Positions 49,675 through 59,403 are shown, counted from the first letter of the stretch. The stretch is DNA of 64,000 nucleotides from a bacterium (GCA_963675295.2 CAXXKJ010000002.1:3904001-3968000); one strand, 5' to 3'. Program-made: numbers and translations. The notes: generated by a model not told the origin, from the sequence alone.

Positions 49675-51174
49675 ATGAATGGTCTGCGATTCAGTGTATT
49701 CCTTGTCTTGGTCACGACCACTGTCTTTTCAGCGGTTGCGCAGACACCAGACACGGTATGGACGCATATCCTTGATGCGGACGGGTTAATAAGCGGGCAG
49801 AGTGTCGAACAGACCTCCGATGGCGGTTTTATTGTCGCCAGCAGGGAATTGATGTCATCGCCCCGCCGGACCCTGTTGACGAAAACGGACTGGCAGGGAA
49901 CGGAGATCTGGTCACAGCTTTATGATTTTGGCGCCAATTCGGCCGGAAACGATGTGAAACAAACGTCTGATGGCGGCTATATCGTTGCAGGTTATGCGGG
50001 AAACAATTCCTTACTGCTGAAAACAGACTCTAATGGAACAACTTTATGGTCTAATATCTACTCATTTCTTCAGTATAATACACTATATGATGTATATATA
50101 ACGTCAGATGGAGGATACATGGCATCTGGAAGCAATCATCATGGACTTCCACAGATTTATGAGGCTTTCCTTATTAAAACTGATCCTCTTGGTAATCTGG
50201 AATGGATACAAACATACGATGATAATCACGGAGGCTATGGGCAGCCTACAAGCGACGGTGGTTATATAATAGCAGGCTCTACATATATTGGAACGTATGC
50301 CTCAGCCTGGGTATTGAAAACGGATCAGACAGGTAATGCAGTTTGGGAACGTACTATCGGAGATGGGGAGGATACCAGCAAATCGTTGTACGATATCCGG
50401 CAAACATCAGATGGTGGATATATCGGCACTGGTTTGTACACTTCAAATCCCGGTTCATACACTTCACATTCGGACAACTATCTTCTCAGGCTGGATGAAT
50501 CTGGAGATACCATTTGGGAAAGACATTTTGGTGGCTACTATGATGACCATGCGCTTTGTGTACGTGAAACAATGAGCGGTGGATTTATTATAGCTGGGTA
50601 TAAAGAAATTGACGATTATATGATAGATTCTTTCATATATATAGCAAAAGCCAATTCGTCGGGAAATGTCACATGGACCTGGACTTACAATTACGGCTAT
50701 TACCACTTTAACAGGGCAAGTGAAGTTGAACAAACGTCTGAGGGCCGGTACATTGCGATTGCGGACCAGTATCTTGGAGATTCGGATTGCGCCTGGCTGA
50801 TTCGTCTTGAAAGCGATGATCCGCAACCGTTGGTCACGATCACCCTGACCCCGTACAACACACCGATCCGTATCCCGGCTTCCGGAGGATCTTTCGAGTT
50901 AGACGCCTTCAGCACAAACGCACTGGTCAATCCGGCAGAAGGGCAGGTGTGGACCGTCGTCCAGCTTCCGAATGGTAACGATTATTTCAGTCCTCTTCTG
51001 TATCGCGCAACGATCACGTTTCAGCCCGGCGAAACGATTGTTTTCAACCGGCTTTCACAGCTCGTGCCAACTTACGCCCCTGCTGGTATCTATGTTTACA
51101 AGGCGCGCGCCGGCTACTTTCCGGGTCTGATTCTTGCCGAAGCAGAATTTGAATTCGAAAAGCTGGATGAATAG
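49675..51174 (+). CDS. Secreted DGG-repeat protein with C-terminal Ig-like domain and no CTD
   Basis: Signal peptide; QTSDGGYI repeats; C-terminal LTPYNTPIRIPASGGSF...FEFEKL; GAGG RBS. Confidence 0.8.
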   Translation: MNGLRFSVFLVLVTTTVFSAVAQTPDTVWTHILDADGLISGQSVEQTSDGGFIVASRELMSSPRRTLLTKTDWQGTEIWSQLYDFGANSAGNDVKQTSDGGYIVAGYAGNNSLLLKTDSNGTTLWSNIYSFLQYNTLYDVYITSDGGYMASGSNHHGLPQIYEAFLIKTDPLGNLEWIQTYDDNHGGYGQPTSDGGYIIAGSTYIGTYASAWVLKTDQTGNAVWERTIGDGEDTSKSLYDIRQTSDGGYIGTGLYTSNPGSYTSHSDNYLLRLDESGDTIWERHFGGYYDDHALCVRETMSGGFIIAGYKEIDDYMIDSFIYIAKANSSGNVTWTWTYNYGYYHFNRASEVEQTSEGRYIAIADQYLGDSDCAWLIRLESDDPQPLVTITLTPYNTPIRIPASGGSFELDAFSTNALVNPAEGQVWTVVQLPNGNDYFSPLLYRATITFQPGETIVFNRLSQLVPTYAPAGIYVYKARAGYFPGLILAEAEFEFEKLDE

Positions 51175-51378
51175 TGCTTCATAGATGAGGATCTGAAGCG
51201 ACTGTTGCGGACCAATACTGCAATTGACTTCAAACGGGACACCTTCGGAGAAAGTGTCCCGTTTTTGTTGCCACTAATGCGAAAATCCGGTATCTTTGGG
51301 ACGTAAAACACGAATGAACTGACTGCCAGAGCGCCGGAAGATTCGGCTGCCGGTTGCAACAGATTGGGAGAAATGACC

Positions 51379-53232
51379 ATGAACCGGATCAGAATCATCG
51401 TTCTGTTGCTCGCCGTTGTTGTCCTTGTTGCTGCGCCAACCCTCGCTCAACCACCCGATACTTTGTGGACGCGCACTTTTGGCGGCCTGGAGCTTGATGC
51501 CGGATACTGTGTCCGGCAGACGTTCGATGGTGGGTTCATCATCACTGGCAGTACCTGGAGGTTTGATCAGGAAGAAAGCGGGATCTGGTTGATCAAGACG
51601 GATGCTGCGGGAAACGAAGAATGGGACCAGACATTCGGCGGTGACTACTCTGTGGTCGGGGAGTGCGTGCAGCCGACAGCCGACGGCGGTTACATCGTCA
51701 CCGGCAGCCAGTACTCCTGGGATGGCGAGTATGACGCGTTAATTCTGTTCAAGACGGATGCATCTGGCAACGAAGAGTGGTATCACGTGTTCCGAGGTGT
51801 GGCCTGGGACGGCCTGGACGGTGGGCACTGGGTTGAACAGCTGGTTGACGGCGGCTACATCGTCGGCGGCCACACTGAGGTCGACAACCATTACCTGGAC
51901 TGGTGGTTGTTGCGGACGGACGCCAACGGGGACGAACTGTGGAGCCAGACATTCGGCGGCGAACACGCGGAACGATGCTGGTGCGTGCGGCCAACCTCCG
52001 ATGGCGGATTCATCTTAACCGGAAACAAGTACACCGCTGGTGGCAACGGCAACGACGTCTGGTTGGTCAAGACCGATGAAAATGGCAATGAATTGTGGGA
52101 ACAGAGCTATGGCGGTGAGTTCTCCCAGTACGCGTACGAGGTGCAGGAAACCACGGACGGTGGATACATCATCGTGGGGCAGAATTATCTTGACCTTGGC
52201 ACGCTGCCGGAAATCTGGCTGATCAAGACGGATGCCGACGGAATCGCGGAATGGATCCGCAGTTTCGAAGGCTTAGGTGGTTACAGTGTGCAGCAGACGC
52301 AGGATGGTGGATTTATCTTGACGGGCAGTAACGATGGTGCGCTGGTTCTGAAAACCGACTCGAATGGAAACCAGATCTGGTCTCGTACCTACAATGGCTC
52401 GGACTATGAGGTCGGGGCCTGCATTCGTCAACTTCCGGATGGCGGCTTTATTGTCGCCGGAACCACCGGCCTGACTGGAAATCCGGATGTCTGGTTGCTG
52501 CGTGTGGACCAAGACCAGCCGTTGGAATTTGAACTGTCGCTGACGCCGGATGCCCCATTCATCGTGCCACGCGGAGGCTGGTTCGAGTATGGGGCGACCC
52601 TCACCAGCCTGCTGCCGGATCCGTCGCAGGTCGATATCTGGACACTCGCGGTCACCCCGGACGATGTACCGGTCGGCCCGATCTGGCGAATCAACAACCT
52701 CCCGATTGCACCGGGTGGGACGATTACCGCGTCAGGGTTGTGGCAATCTGTCCCGTTGAATGCGCCGCTTGGGCGGTACACCTTCGGCATGCGTGTCGGT
52801 GAGTATGGAACGCACTTCGCTGCGGAAGACTCGTTTGAGTTTTTCGTGGTCGATCCCGAACCGGGGACTGTGGCGTTCAACAATAACGGATGGTTCGGCG
52901 GCGGCTACAGCGCTGCATTTGGCGTTGAGGAACCGGGGAAACCTGAAACGCAAGCGTCAACGGCTCCGCCTGTGCCCGCAATCAGTATTGCGCCGAATCC
53001 GTTCAACCCGGTGACGACGATAACGGTCACCTTGCCCGAACCCGGGGAACTGACTGTGCGCGTCTTTACTACGGTCGGACGTGAGGTGGCGCAATTGACG
53101 GATGGCATGCACACGGCGGGCGAACATCGGTTCAGTTTCGACGGTTCAAGGATGGCGAGCGGAATCTACTTCGTCGAGGTGGCTGCACCGGGGATCGGTC
53201 AAGAGTTACAGAAGATCGTGCTGGTGAAATGA
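51379..53232 (+). CDS. Secreted DGG-repeat protein with Ig-like domain and T9SS type-A-like CTD
   Basis: Signal peptide; repeats DGG.I..G...WL.KTD..G.E.W; CTD APNPFNP...MASGIYF...KIVLVK. Confidence 0.88.
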   Translation: MNRIRIIVLLLAVVVLVAAPTLAQPPDTLWTRTFGGLELDAGYCVRQTFDGGFIITGSTWRFDQEESGIWLIKTDAAGNEEWDQTFGGDYSVVGECVQPTADGGYIVTGSQYSWDGEYDALILFKTDASGNEEWYHVFRGVAWDGLDGGHWVEQLVDGGYIVGGHTEVDNHYLDWWLLRTDANGDELWSQTFGGEHAERCWCVRPTSDGGFILTGNKYTAGGNGNDVWLVKTDENGNELWEQSYGGEFSQYAYEVQETTDGGYIIVGQNYLDLGTLPEIWLIKTDADGIAEWIRSFEGLGGYSVQQTQDGGFILTGSNDGALVLKTDSNGNQIWSRTYNGSDYEVGACIRQLPDGGFIVAGTTGLTGNPDVWLLRVDQDQPLEFELSLTPDAPFIVPRGGWFEYGATLTSLLPDPSQVDIWTLAVTPDDVPVGPIWRINNLPIAPGGTITASGLWQSVPLNAPLGRYTFGMRVGEYGTHFAAEDSFEFFVVDPEPGTVAFNNNGWFGGGYSAAFGVEEPGKPETQASTAPPVPAISIAPNPFNPVTTITVTLPEPGELTVRVFTTVGREVAQLTDGMHTAGEHRFSFDGSRMASGIYFVEVAAPGIGQELQKIVLVK

Positions 53233-53244
53233 AATGGAATAAAC

Positions 53245-53770
53245 TACCCCGCAGCAAGCTACGGGGTATCGACTACTCACAGCTCAAGTCGACTTTGATG
53301 TAGCGGCTGGTAGTTAGCTTCTGTACCTTGGTTCATAACGTATTTTCTGATTGTATTTTCGTCACCGTGCGGACCTACGGTGGATATATAATAACCTTTT
53401 GTCCAAAATTCCCCACCCCAGAGCTGCTTTTTAACTTTGGGTTGTCGGATAAACATCTCTCGTGCTGTTATGCTCTTTATAGTTCGTACTAATTTTGTAG
53501 CACTCATGGTTGGCACGGATTGCACTAAGAAATGCACATGATCTCTATCTATTCCAATTTCTATAAATTCTATTTCATAACGTTTTTGGATTTCAAAGCA
53601 GATATCCTTTAATGTTAAATCTATCTCAGGTTCATCAAATACAACACGACGGTATTTCGCTACACATACAAGATGGTATAGCAATATCGATACGTTGTGT
53701 TGTTTTCGGATCAGCTCAGACATTCCACAAGAAACCAACTGCAGCTGGCCGAAGCAAGCTTCGGGGCATC
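53245..53770 (-). mobile_element. IS200-type insertion sequence (IS200/IS605 family, tnpA only)
   Basis: AT-rich tnpA flanked by related subterminal hairpins TACCCCGCAGCAAGCTACGGGGTA (53245-53268) and CCGAAGCAAGCTTCGG (53749-53764). Exact ends uncertain. Confidence 0.85.
53277..53723 (-). CDS. tnpA: IS200/IS605 Y1 HUH transposase
   Basis: YHLVCVAKYRR, HUH motif DHVHFL, KSITAR, LWGGEFWTKGYY and the catalytic Tyr in RKYVMNQ. Confidence 0.95.
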   Translation of the reverse strand: MSELIRKQHNVSILLYHLVCVAKYRRVVFDEPEIDLTLKDICFEIQKRYEIEFIEIGIDRDHVHFLVQSVPTMSATKLVRTIKSITAREMFIRQPKVKKQLWGGEFWTKGYYISTVGPHGDENTIRKYVMNQGTEANYQPLHQSRLEL

Positions 53771-53789
53771 AACCGCACTGGAGTCAACA

Positions 53790-55256
53790 ATGAACAAAGC
53801 CTCGCGAATACTGATCTACTTCTTTTTTCCGGTTCTGGTGGTGTGCATGTCTAGCGCTCAACCGCCTGCAATTCAATGGGACAGTACCTTTCAAGGGGAG
53901 GGTGGCATTAATTATGCGAACGACGTCTGCGAAACGTTTGATGGTGGATTTGTGCTCACCGGACAGATCGTCCTGAATCCTGAAGATGATCCGCAGATGG
54001 TACTGATCAAGGCTGACAGTGCGGGAAATCAGGTCTGGTCTAGAACGTTTACGGGTACCGGTTTCCATGGTGGAGCTGGCTATAGTGTCGTAGAAACGGA
54101 CGAACATGGATTTCTGATCGCTGGGACTGTCGATCAGGCAGGTTTCACCTTTGCTGTCGTCAAGGCCGATTCGACGGGTGCCGAGGAATGGCGAAGGGGG
54201 TATGATAATTCATCCCATGCGATCAAAATCAGACAAACCTCTGATGGCGGCTTCATTGCGACGGGTGGTGATTTCAACGTGACGTTGCTGAAAGGTGATG
54301 AACAGGGTAACGAAGTCTGGCGACAAGATCTTGGCGGTTTTGACACAAATATCGGCCGTGATGTTCATCAAACTTCGGATGGAGGGTACATTATCCTGGC
54401 CTACACGGACGGCTACGGGCAAGGGTACAAGCTGATCAAAACGGATTCGCTGGGTGTCGAAGAATGGAGTCAGGTTTATGGCACTCCCGGGACAGAAATT
54501 CCAGCCAGTATGCTGATCACGAATGATGGCGACTATGTCCTCTGCGGGTATGGCTGGAACGGTGACGACGACTACGACATCCTGTTGATCAAAACGGATT
54601 CTGCGGGAAACACCCTCTGGTCCAGGTACCTGGGGGGTGCGTACGGGCAGATCGCAGGGGATATTGATCACACGGAAACAGGTGGGTATATCATCTGCGG
54701 GTACGAGTGGAACGGCGCGCTTGTACTGAAAACCGATGCTGATGGAAATGAGCTGTGGACTGAAACCTATTTCGATGGCGGTAGTGCGGAAGGCCATGGA
54801 ATCAAGCAGGTCTCGGATGGTGGCTATATCATTGCAGGAGCAACAAATGCCTGGGGATATAGCTCGTCAGACATCTTACTTATGCGTTTGGACAACGAAC
54901 CTCTCGTATCGATTTCGCTTCAACCGCATGATCTACCCATCCAGATTCCTGCCGCCGGAGGTTCTTTCACGTTCGATGCAATGAGCTTGAACACATTCAC
55001 GGAATCGATGTCTGGACAGGCCTGGACCGTCGTTGAACTTCCCAGTGGCAGAGACTATATCGGACCAGAATTATATCGCACACGCTTGATGTTTGAACCG
55101 GGAATCAGGATCGACCGGACTGATATCGAACAGGTTGTTCCTGCCTTTGCCCCGGCAGGGACATACGTCTACAAGGCTCGAGTCGGGTTCTACCCTGATG
55201 TTATTTATGCCCAGGATTCGTTTGAATTCGAGAAGTTAACAAACGAATCAAGGTAG
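53790..55256 (+). CDS. Secreted DGG-repeat protein with Ig-like domain and no CTD (paralog of 49675-51174)
   Basis: Signal peptide; QTSDGG repeats; C-terminal LQPHDLPIQIPAAGGSF...FEFEKL; GGAG before ATG 53790. Confidence 0.82.
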   Translation: MNKASRILIYFFFPVLVVCMSSAQPPAIQWDSTFQGEGGINYANDVCETFDGGFVLTGQIVLNPEDDPQMVLIKADSAGNQVWSRTFTGTGFHGGAGYSVVETDEHGFLIAGTVDQAGFTFAVVKADSTGAEEWRRGYDNSSHAIKIRQTSDGGFIATGGDFNVTLLKGDEQGNEVWRQDLGGFDTNIGRDVHQTSDGGYIILAYTDGYGQGYKLIKTDSLGVEEWSQVYGTPGTEIPASMLITNDGDYVLCGYGWNGDDDYDILLIKTDSAGNTLWSRYLGGAYGQIAGDIDHTETGGYIICGYEWNGALVLKTDADGNELWTETYFDGGSAEGHGIKQVSDGGYIIAGATNAWGYSSSDILLMRLDNEPLVSISLQPHDLPIQIPAAGGSFTFDAMSLNTFTESMSGQAWTVVELPSGRDYIGPELYRTRLMFEPGIRIDRTDIEQVVPAFAPAGTYVYKARVGFYPDVIYAQDSFEFEKLTNESR

Positions 55257-55276
55257 CAGGAATATGAACGAACGCG

Positions 55277-55296
55277 GAAGATCGTGCTGGTGAAAT
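55277..55296 (+). repeat. 20-bp direct repeat of 53211-53230 (GAAGATCGTGCTGGTGAAAT, coding KIVLVK)
   Basis: Exact match to the 3' end of gene 51379-53232; this copy runs into a TAG stop. Confidence 0.85.
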
Positions 55297-55342
55297 AGCT
55301 GCGTAGCGATTGTCGCTTCGTCAACACAACGTCAAACGAATC

Positions 55343-55371
55343 ACGGGACGCTTCTGCGAGATGCGTCCCGT
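55343..55371. terminator. GGGAC-family hairpin between convergent genes
   Basis: Sequence ACGGGACGC-TTCTGCGAGAT-GCGTCCCGT. Confidence 0.55.
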
Positions 55372-55390
55372 TTGATTTGCCGCGTACGAC

Positions 55391-56710
55391 TCACGGTCGT
55401 GGCGGCACCTGCAGCTTGGTCGGTTTGCCGGCGGATTTGCGGACGGCGTTCCACTCGTTGCGGTCAATGAACGCCTGGGTGCCTGACTGGCTGCTGATGA
55501 TTTCGAAGAAGTCGAGTTTGTATTTGTCGGCGTAGACGATCTCCGGCGGGTTGCATTTGACGACGTAGACGGTTTGCACCGACTGATGATCCCACTCCCG
55601 CCAGGTCTGCAGGTTCTTCAGCAGGGTGTAGGAATGTCCTTCCAGCTCGGAGATGACGGCTTCAGTGGCGAAGCTGCCCGCGCGTTCGACGGCGGCTTTG
55701 TACTCGTAGACGATGGTGTAGGCGGACGCGCCGGCGGTGCTGGGATAGCGGCCGTACCGTTCGCTGAACGTCTCGACGAATTCCACACCTCGTGGGTAGT
55801 TGTGCTCGTACGGTAGTTTCCACGTCCACGGCACGGTCCCGATCACCCCTTGCATGACTTCTGCCCCACCGAGTTCCGCCATGCCAATGGTCAGGTTGGG
55901 CACGACGATCTGGCAATCGTCCTTGAAGCCCATATCATCCGCAATGCGGATCGCGGTTGACATATTGGCCCCGAACAGCACGAGAACCAACACATCCGGG
56001 TCAGCCAGTTCCGCCAATTGCAGAGCCTTTCTGAAATCGGCTTCTGTGGCCTGGGGAAATGGTGTTTTCACCCCGATGTGCGTTTCGGTGTCCTCGGTCA
56101 TGGTGTAGGCGCGCATGGCTGCTTCGGTGGTCCTGCCCCACGTGTAGTCCGCCGTGATGTAGAAATAAGTTTTGCCGAAATAATTCTTACGCATGTACTC
56201 CGCCATCGCGCTGGCGCTGGCATGCGAATCGGAGCATTCGCGGAAAACGTAGCGGTTGGCCGCTTCGCCTGTGGTTTCTGTGGAATAGGACAGGGTGGCG
56301 AAGAACAGCGTTTTGTGCTTGGCGCATTCTTCGCCGGCGGCGATGGCGACCGCGCTGGACGATCCGCCGAACAGCATTTTCACTCGATATTGCTCGATAA
56401 GTTCGGCAACATTTACTCGGGTGCGATCCGGTTCCGAGCGGGAATCTTTCTTCACCAGTTCAACCTGCTGTCCGAGGATACCACCGCTCGCGTTGATCTC
56501 ATCGATGGCCATTTCGGCCGCGCGCAATTGATCGAGCCCTTGCACCTGGTATGGACCCGTTTCGGGATAGTTGAACCCGAGGTACACTCTTTCCTGCGCC
56601 GTCGCGGATGCTACGAACAGCAGAAGTGCAAACAGCAGATGAGTCGTCAGGAACCAACCGGTGGCAAAGCCTTGCGCTTGCCCCGGGCCACCGGATTTCA
56701 CATGAAGCAT
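55391..56710 (-). CDS. LivJ/LivK-like periplasmic substrate-binding protein
   Basis: Motifs LGFNYPETGPY, EINASGGILG, GGSSSAVAIA and ADYTWG; signal peptide (start uncertain). Confidence 0.88.
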   Translation of the reverse strand: MLHVKSGGPGQAQGFATGWFLTTHLLFALLLFVASATAQERVYLGFNYPETGPYQVQGLDQLRAAEMAIDEINASGGILGQQVELVKKDSRSEPDRTRVNVAELIEQYRVKMLFGGSSSAVAIAAGEECAKHKTLFFATLSYSTETTGEAANRYVFRECSDSHASASAMAEYMRKNYFGKTYFYITADYTWGRTTEAAMRAYTMTEDTETHIGVKTPFPQATEADFRKALQLAELADPDVLVLVLFGANMSTAIRIADDMGFKDDCQIVVPNLTIGMAELGGAEVMQGVIGTVPWTWKLPYEHNYPRGVEFVETFSERYGRYPSTAGASAYTIVYEYKAAVERAGSFATEAVISELEGHSYTLLKNLQTWREWDHQSVQTVYVVKCNPPEIVYADKYKLDFFEIISSQSGTQAFIDRNEWNAVRKSAGKPTKLQVPPRP

Positions 56711-56754
56711 TTATACGCCTGTTTCTGCTATCGTCAAGTTCCCGCCATTGCGGG

Positions 56755-58023
56755 TTAGAGTTTTGTCGGTTTTCTGGCAGCCTTCCGGACCGCGTTCCAG
56801 TCGGATCGCTTGATGAATGCTTCTGTGCCGGACTGGCTGTCGATGATCTCGAAGAAGTCCAGTTGATAAGGGTCCTGCCGGATGGCATCGGCTGGCTTTA
56901 CACGGACAACGTAAACGGTTTGCACCGATTGATGGTCCCAGCTCCTCCAGGTTTGCCGGTCCTTGAGCAGGGTATAGGTATGGCCTTCGAGCGCGGCGAT
57001 TACGGCTTCGGTGTCGAAGGTTCCCGCGCGTTCGACTGCGGCCTTGTATTCATGGACGATGGTGTAGGCGGACGCGCCCGCGGTGCTGGGGTAACGGAAA
57101 TAATGATCCTTAAACGCTTCGACGAACTCGATGCCACGTGGATAGTTGAATTCGTAGGGTACCCGCCACGTCCATGGCAGTGCGCCGATAATGCCCTCCA
57201 TGTACTCCACACCTGTCATTTCCGCCATGCCGAGGGTCAGATTTGGACAGACGATTTGAACACTATCTTTGAGCCCAAGCTCTTTGGCAAACTGTACGGC
57301 ATGGGCGAAATCCGACCCGCCGAGTACCAGGACAAGCACGTCCGGATTGATCAGTTTGACCGCAGTCAACGCGCGTTTGAAATCCTCATCGGTCGCCTTG
57401 GGTGATGGAATCCGGATCGACTTGTGGATGGTTGTGTCTTCGGTGCTGGTGTAGACACGCATGGCGGTTTCGGTCGTCCAGCCGAAGGTGTAGTCGGCGA
57501 CGAGGTAGCAGTACTTCTTCCGGCTGAAATGCTCTCGCATGTAGGAGGCCAGGGCGCTGGACGCGGCGTGCGCATCCGAGCATTCCCGGAACAGGTACCG
57601 GTTTGCGGCGGCACCGGTGGTTTCCGTCGAGTAGGACAGCACGGCAAAATAGAGCGTTGTACGCTTGGCGCACTCCTCGCCTGCAGCGATCGCGGTTGCG
57701 CTGGACGCACTGCCGAACATCATGGACGCACCATGCTCCTCGATCAGGCTGGCGACATTGGCACGGGTGACATCAACATCTGCCTGTGAATCCATCCGTA
57801 CCAGTTCGACGGGCCGGCCGAGAATACCGCCTGCCGCGTTGATTTCCGCAACCGCCAGTTCCGCCGCACGGAGCTGATCGAGACCGTCCACACCGTACGG
57901 ACCGGTTTCCGGATAGTTCAGGCCGAGAACAACGGGCTCCTGAGCGTGCAATGCAAGCGTTGGAAAAGCAATCAGGAAGGTGAGCAATAGTCTGTTCAAC
58001 CACGTGCGCACGTACCACCTCAC
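56755..58023 (-). CDS. LivJ/LivK-like periplasmic substrate-binding protein (tandem paralog)
   Basis: Motifs LGLNYPETGPY, EINAAGGILG and ADYTFG; long stretches are identical to the neighbour. Confidence 0.88.
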   Translation of the reverse strand: MRWYVRTWLNRLLLTFLIAFPTLALHAQEPVVLGLNYPETGPYGVDGLDQLRAAELAVAEINAAGGILGRPVELVRMDSQADVDVTRANVASLIEEHGASMMFGSASSATAIAAGEECAKRTTLYFAVLSYSTETTGAAANRYLFRECSDAHAASSALASYMREHFSRKKYCYLVADYTFGWTTETAMRVYTSTEDTTIHKSIRIPSPKATDEDFKRALTAVKLINPDVLVLVLGGSDFAHAVQFAKELGLKDSVQIVCPNLTLGMAEMTGVEYMEGIIGALPWTWRVPYEFNYPRGIEFVEAFKDHYFRYPSTAGASAYTIVHEYKAAVERAGTFDTEAVIAALEGHTYTLLKDRQTWRSWDHQSVQTVYVVRVKPADAIRQDPYQLDFFEIIDSQSGTEAFIKRSDWNAVRKAARKPTKL

Positions 58024-58157
58024 ACATGCTGAAAGCGGGTCGGACCCTGAACCTGCGGCGTAAATCTGTCCCCATCACAAGATGCAGGAAAAACTATTAA
58101 AAATCAAGTGGGATTCTAAAATTATTAAAGCTATGTTAAGATCAAGTTCGAATGGTA

Positions 58158-58589
58158 TTAGTACCGGCGTCCACCCCGGTAGTCGTCATAAGGTGCATCC
58201 TGCCGGAAGTTCGGGGTGTCGTAGCCTTCCATTTCGTTAGTGTAGATCTCACGGTAGAGCGGTTTCCACGCTGCGTACTGCTCCTCGGTCAGCAGGCCTT
58301 CCATCTGGCGGTCAAATTTCTGCAGCCGGGACTTTTCCTGTTCCTTCAGCTCGATGATCTGCGCGCGGTATTTGTCCTGGATGCGTTGCCGCATGCCGGC
58401 GTTATCGACAACCATCTGCCGCACCTTGATTCGCTGATCCGGTGTCAGGTTGACCTCCTGATCGATCAGGTCGGTCATCGCCTCGACCTCAGTCATCGGC
58501 GGGATGAGGACGTCCTTGTATTTCGACGCACACCCGGTGAGTGCGATCAGGACGATCAACAGCGACAGTACAGTAATACGGTGCTTCAT
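58158..58589 (-). CDS. Hypothetical helical lipoprotein (Spy/CpxP-like LTxxQ motifs)
   Basis: Lipobox ALTGC; LTPDQ and LTEEQ motifs. Confidence 0.65.
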   Translation of the reverse strand: MKHRITVLSLLIVLIALTGCASKYKDVLIPPMTEVEAMTDLIDQEVNLTPDQRIKVRQMVVDNAGMRQRIQDKYRAQIIELKEQEKSRLQKFDRQMEGLLTEEQYAAWKPLYREIYTNEMEGYDTPNFRQDAPYDDYRGGRRY

Positions 58590-58698
58590 CTCACGGTTCC
58601 TTCGGTTCTTCACCTCAGAAAATGACCACAACCTGTTGTCGTGGTTGTTCCGCGTCCGCAAGCGGACACGGGCACACCAATCCGTTCTCGGGACAACC

Positions 58699-59403
58699 CT
58701 ACTCCAATGGCGGCAGCGAGGCTTTCTGCAGCGCCAACGCATCCCGGACGATGAAGTTGCGGCCGTTCACGTCGAGGATCTGCTCGTCCTGCAACTTTCG
58801 CAATGCGCGTGACAGGGTGGCCTGGTTCATGTTCAGCATCAACGCCAGCTCACCCTTTTTCACCGGCAGGGTCAGCTGCGATCCGCCGGGACGGCCATCA
58901 TCTACCTCCTGTTCGAGGCTGCTGAGCACATAATGCGCAAGCCGGGCGGTGGCGTCATTGAGCGTCAACTGGTCGATCTTGTCGACGAGGCGTTTCATCC
59001 AGATCGCCATTGCATCGAAGATACGGCGCATGAAGCCGGGGTGACGGTCCATCAGGTCGAACACATCCTCCCGTCGCAGCAGTATCAGCTCGCTCGGTTC
59101 GGTCGCGACCGCGGTCGCCGGATAGTGACCGAGGAACAGGGCGGCTTCGGCGATGAAGCGGTACGGTTGCGCGAGGTGCAGGATGACTTCGCGGCCGTCG
59201 ATGGTGTAACGCACCAGCTTGACCAGTCCCTCGCTGACGAGGAACATGCCGTGGGTTTCGTCCCCTTGCTGAAAGATCATCTCGTCGGGAGTGGCGTGTT
59301 TGACCGTGCCCCGGGTCAGCATTTCGGTGCACAGTTCCCGGCCGAACGAGCGTCCGGTTGGTGTCGCCAGCAGCGGCTCGAGGTGTTTTTCCAGCAGGGT
59401 CAA
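58699..59403 (-). CDS. Crp/Fnr family transcriptional regulator
   Basis: cNMP-fold motifs IFQQGD, EGLVKL and YPATAVA; HTH ELALMLNMNQATLSR. Confidence 0.92.
   Translation of the reverse strand: MTLLEKHLEPLLATPTGRSFGRELCTEMLTRGTVKHATPDEMIFQQGDETHGMFLVSEGLVKLVRYTIDGREVILHLAQPYRFIAEAALFLGHYPATAVATEPSELILLRREDVFDLMDRHPGFMRRIFDAMAIWMKRLVDKIDQLTLNDATARLAHYVLSSLEQEVDDGRPGGSQLTLPVKKGELALMLNMNQATLSRALRKLQDEQILDVNGRNFIVRDALALQKASLPPLE

Noticed and set aside
53277-53770. TnpB/IscB RNA-guided nuclease associated with tnpA
   Set aside because: There is no room or RuvC ORF between the end hairpins, so the element is tnpA-only.
49675-55256. Diversity-generating retroelement or invertase shufflon acting on the paralogs
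   Set aside because: The window has no reverse transcriptase, recombinase, adenine-specific TR/VR pair or inverted recombination sites.
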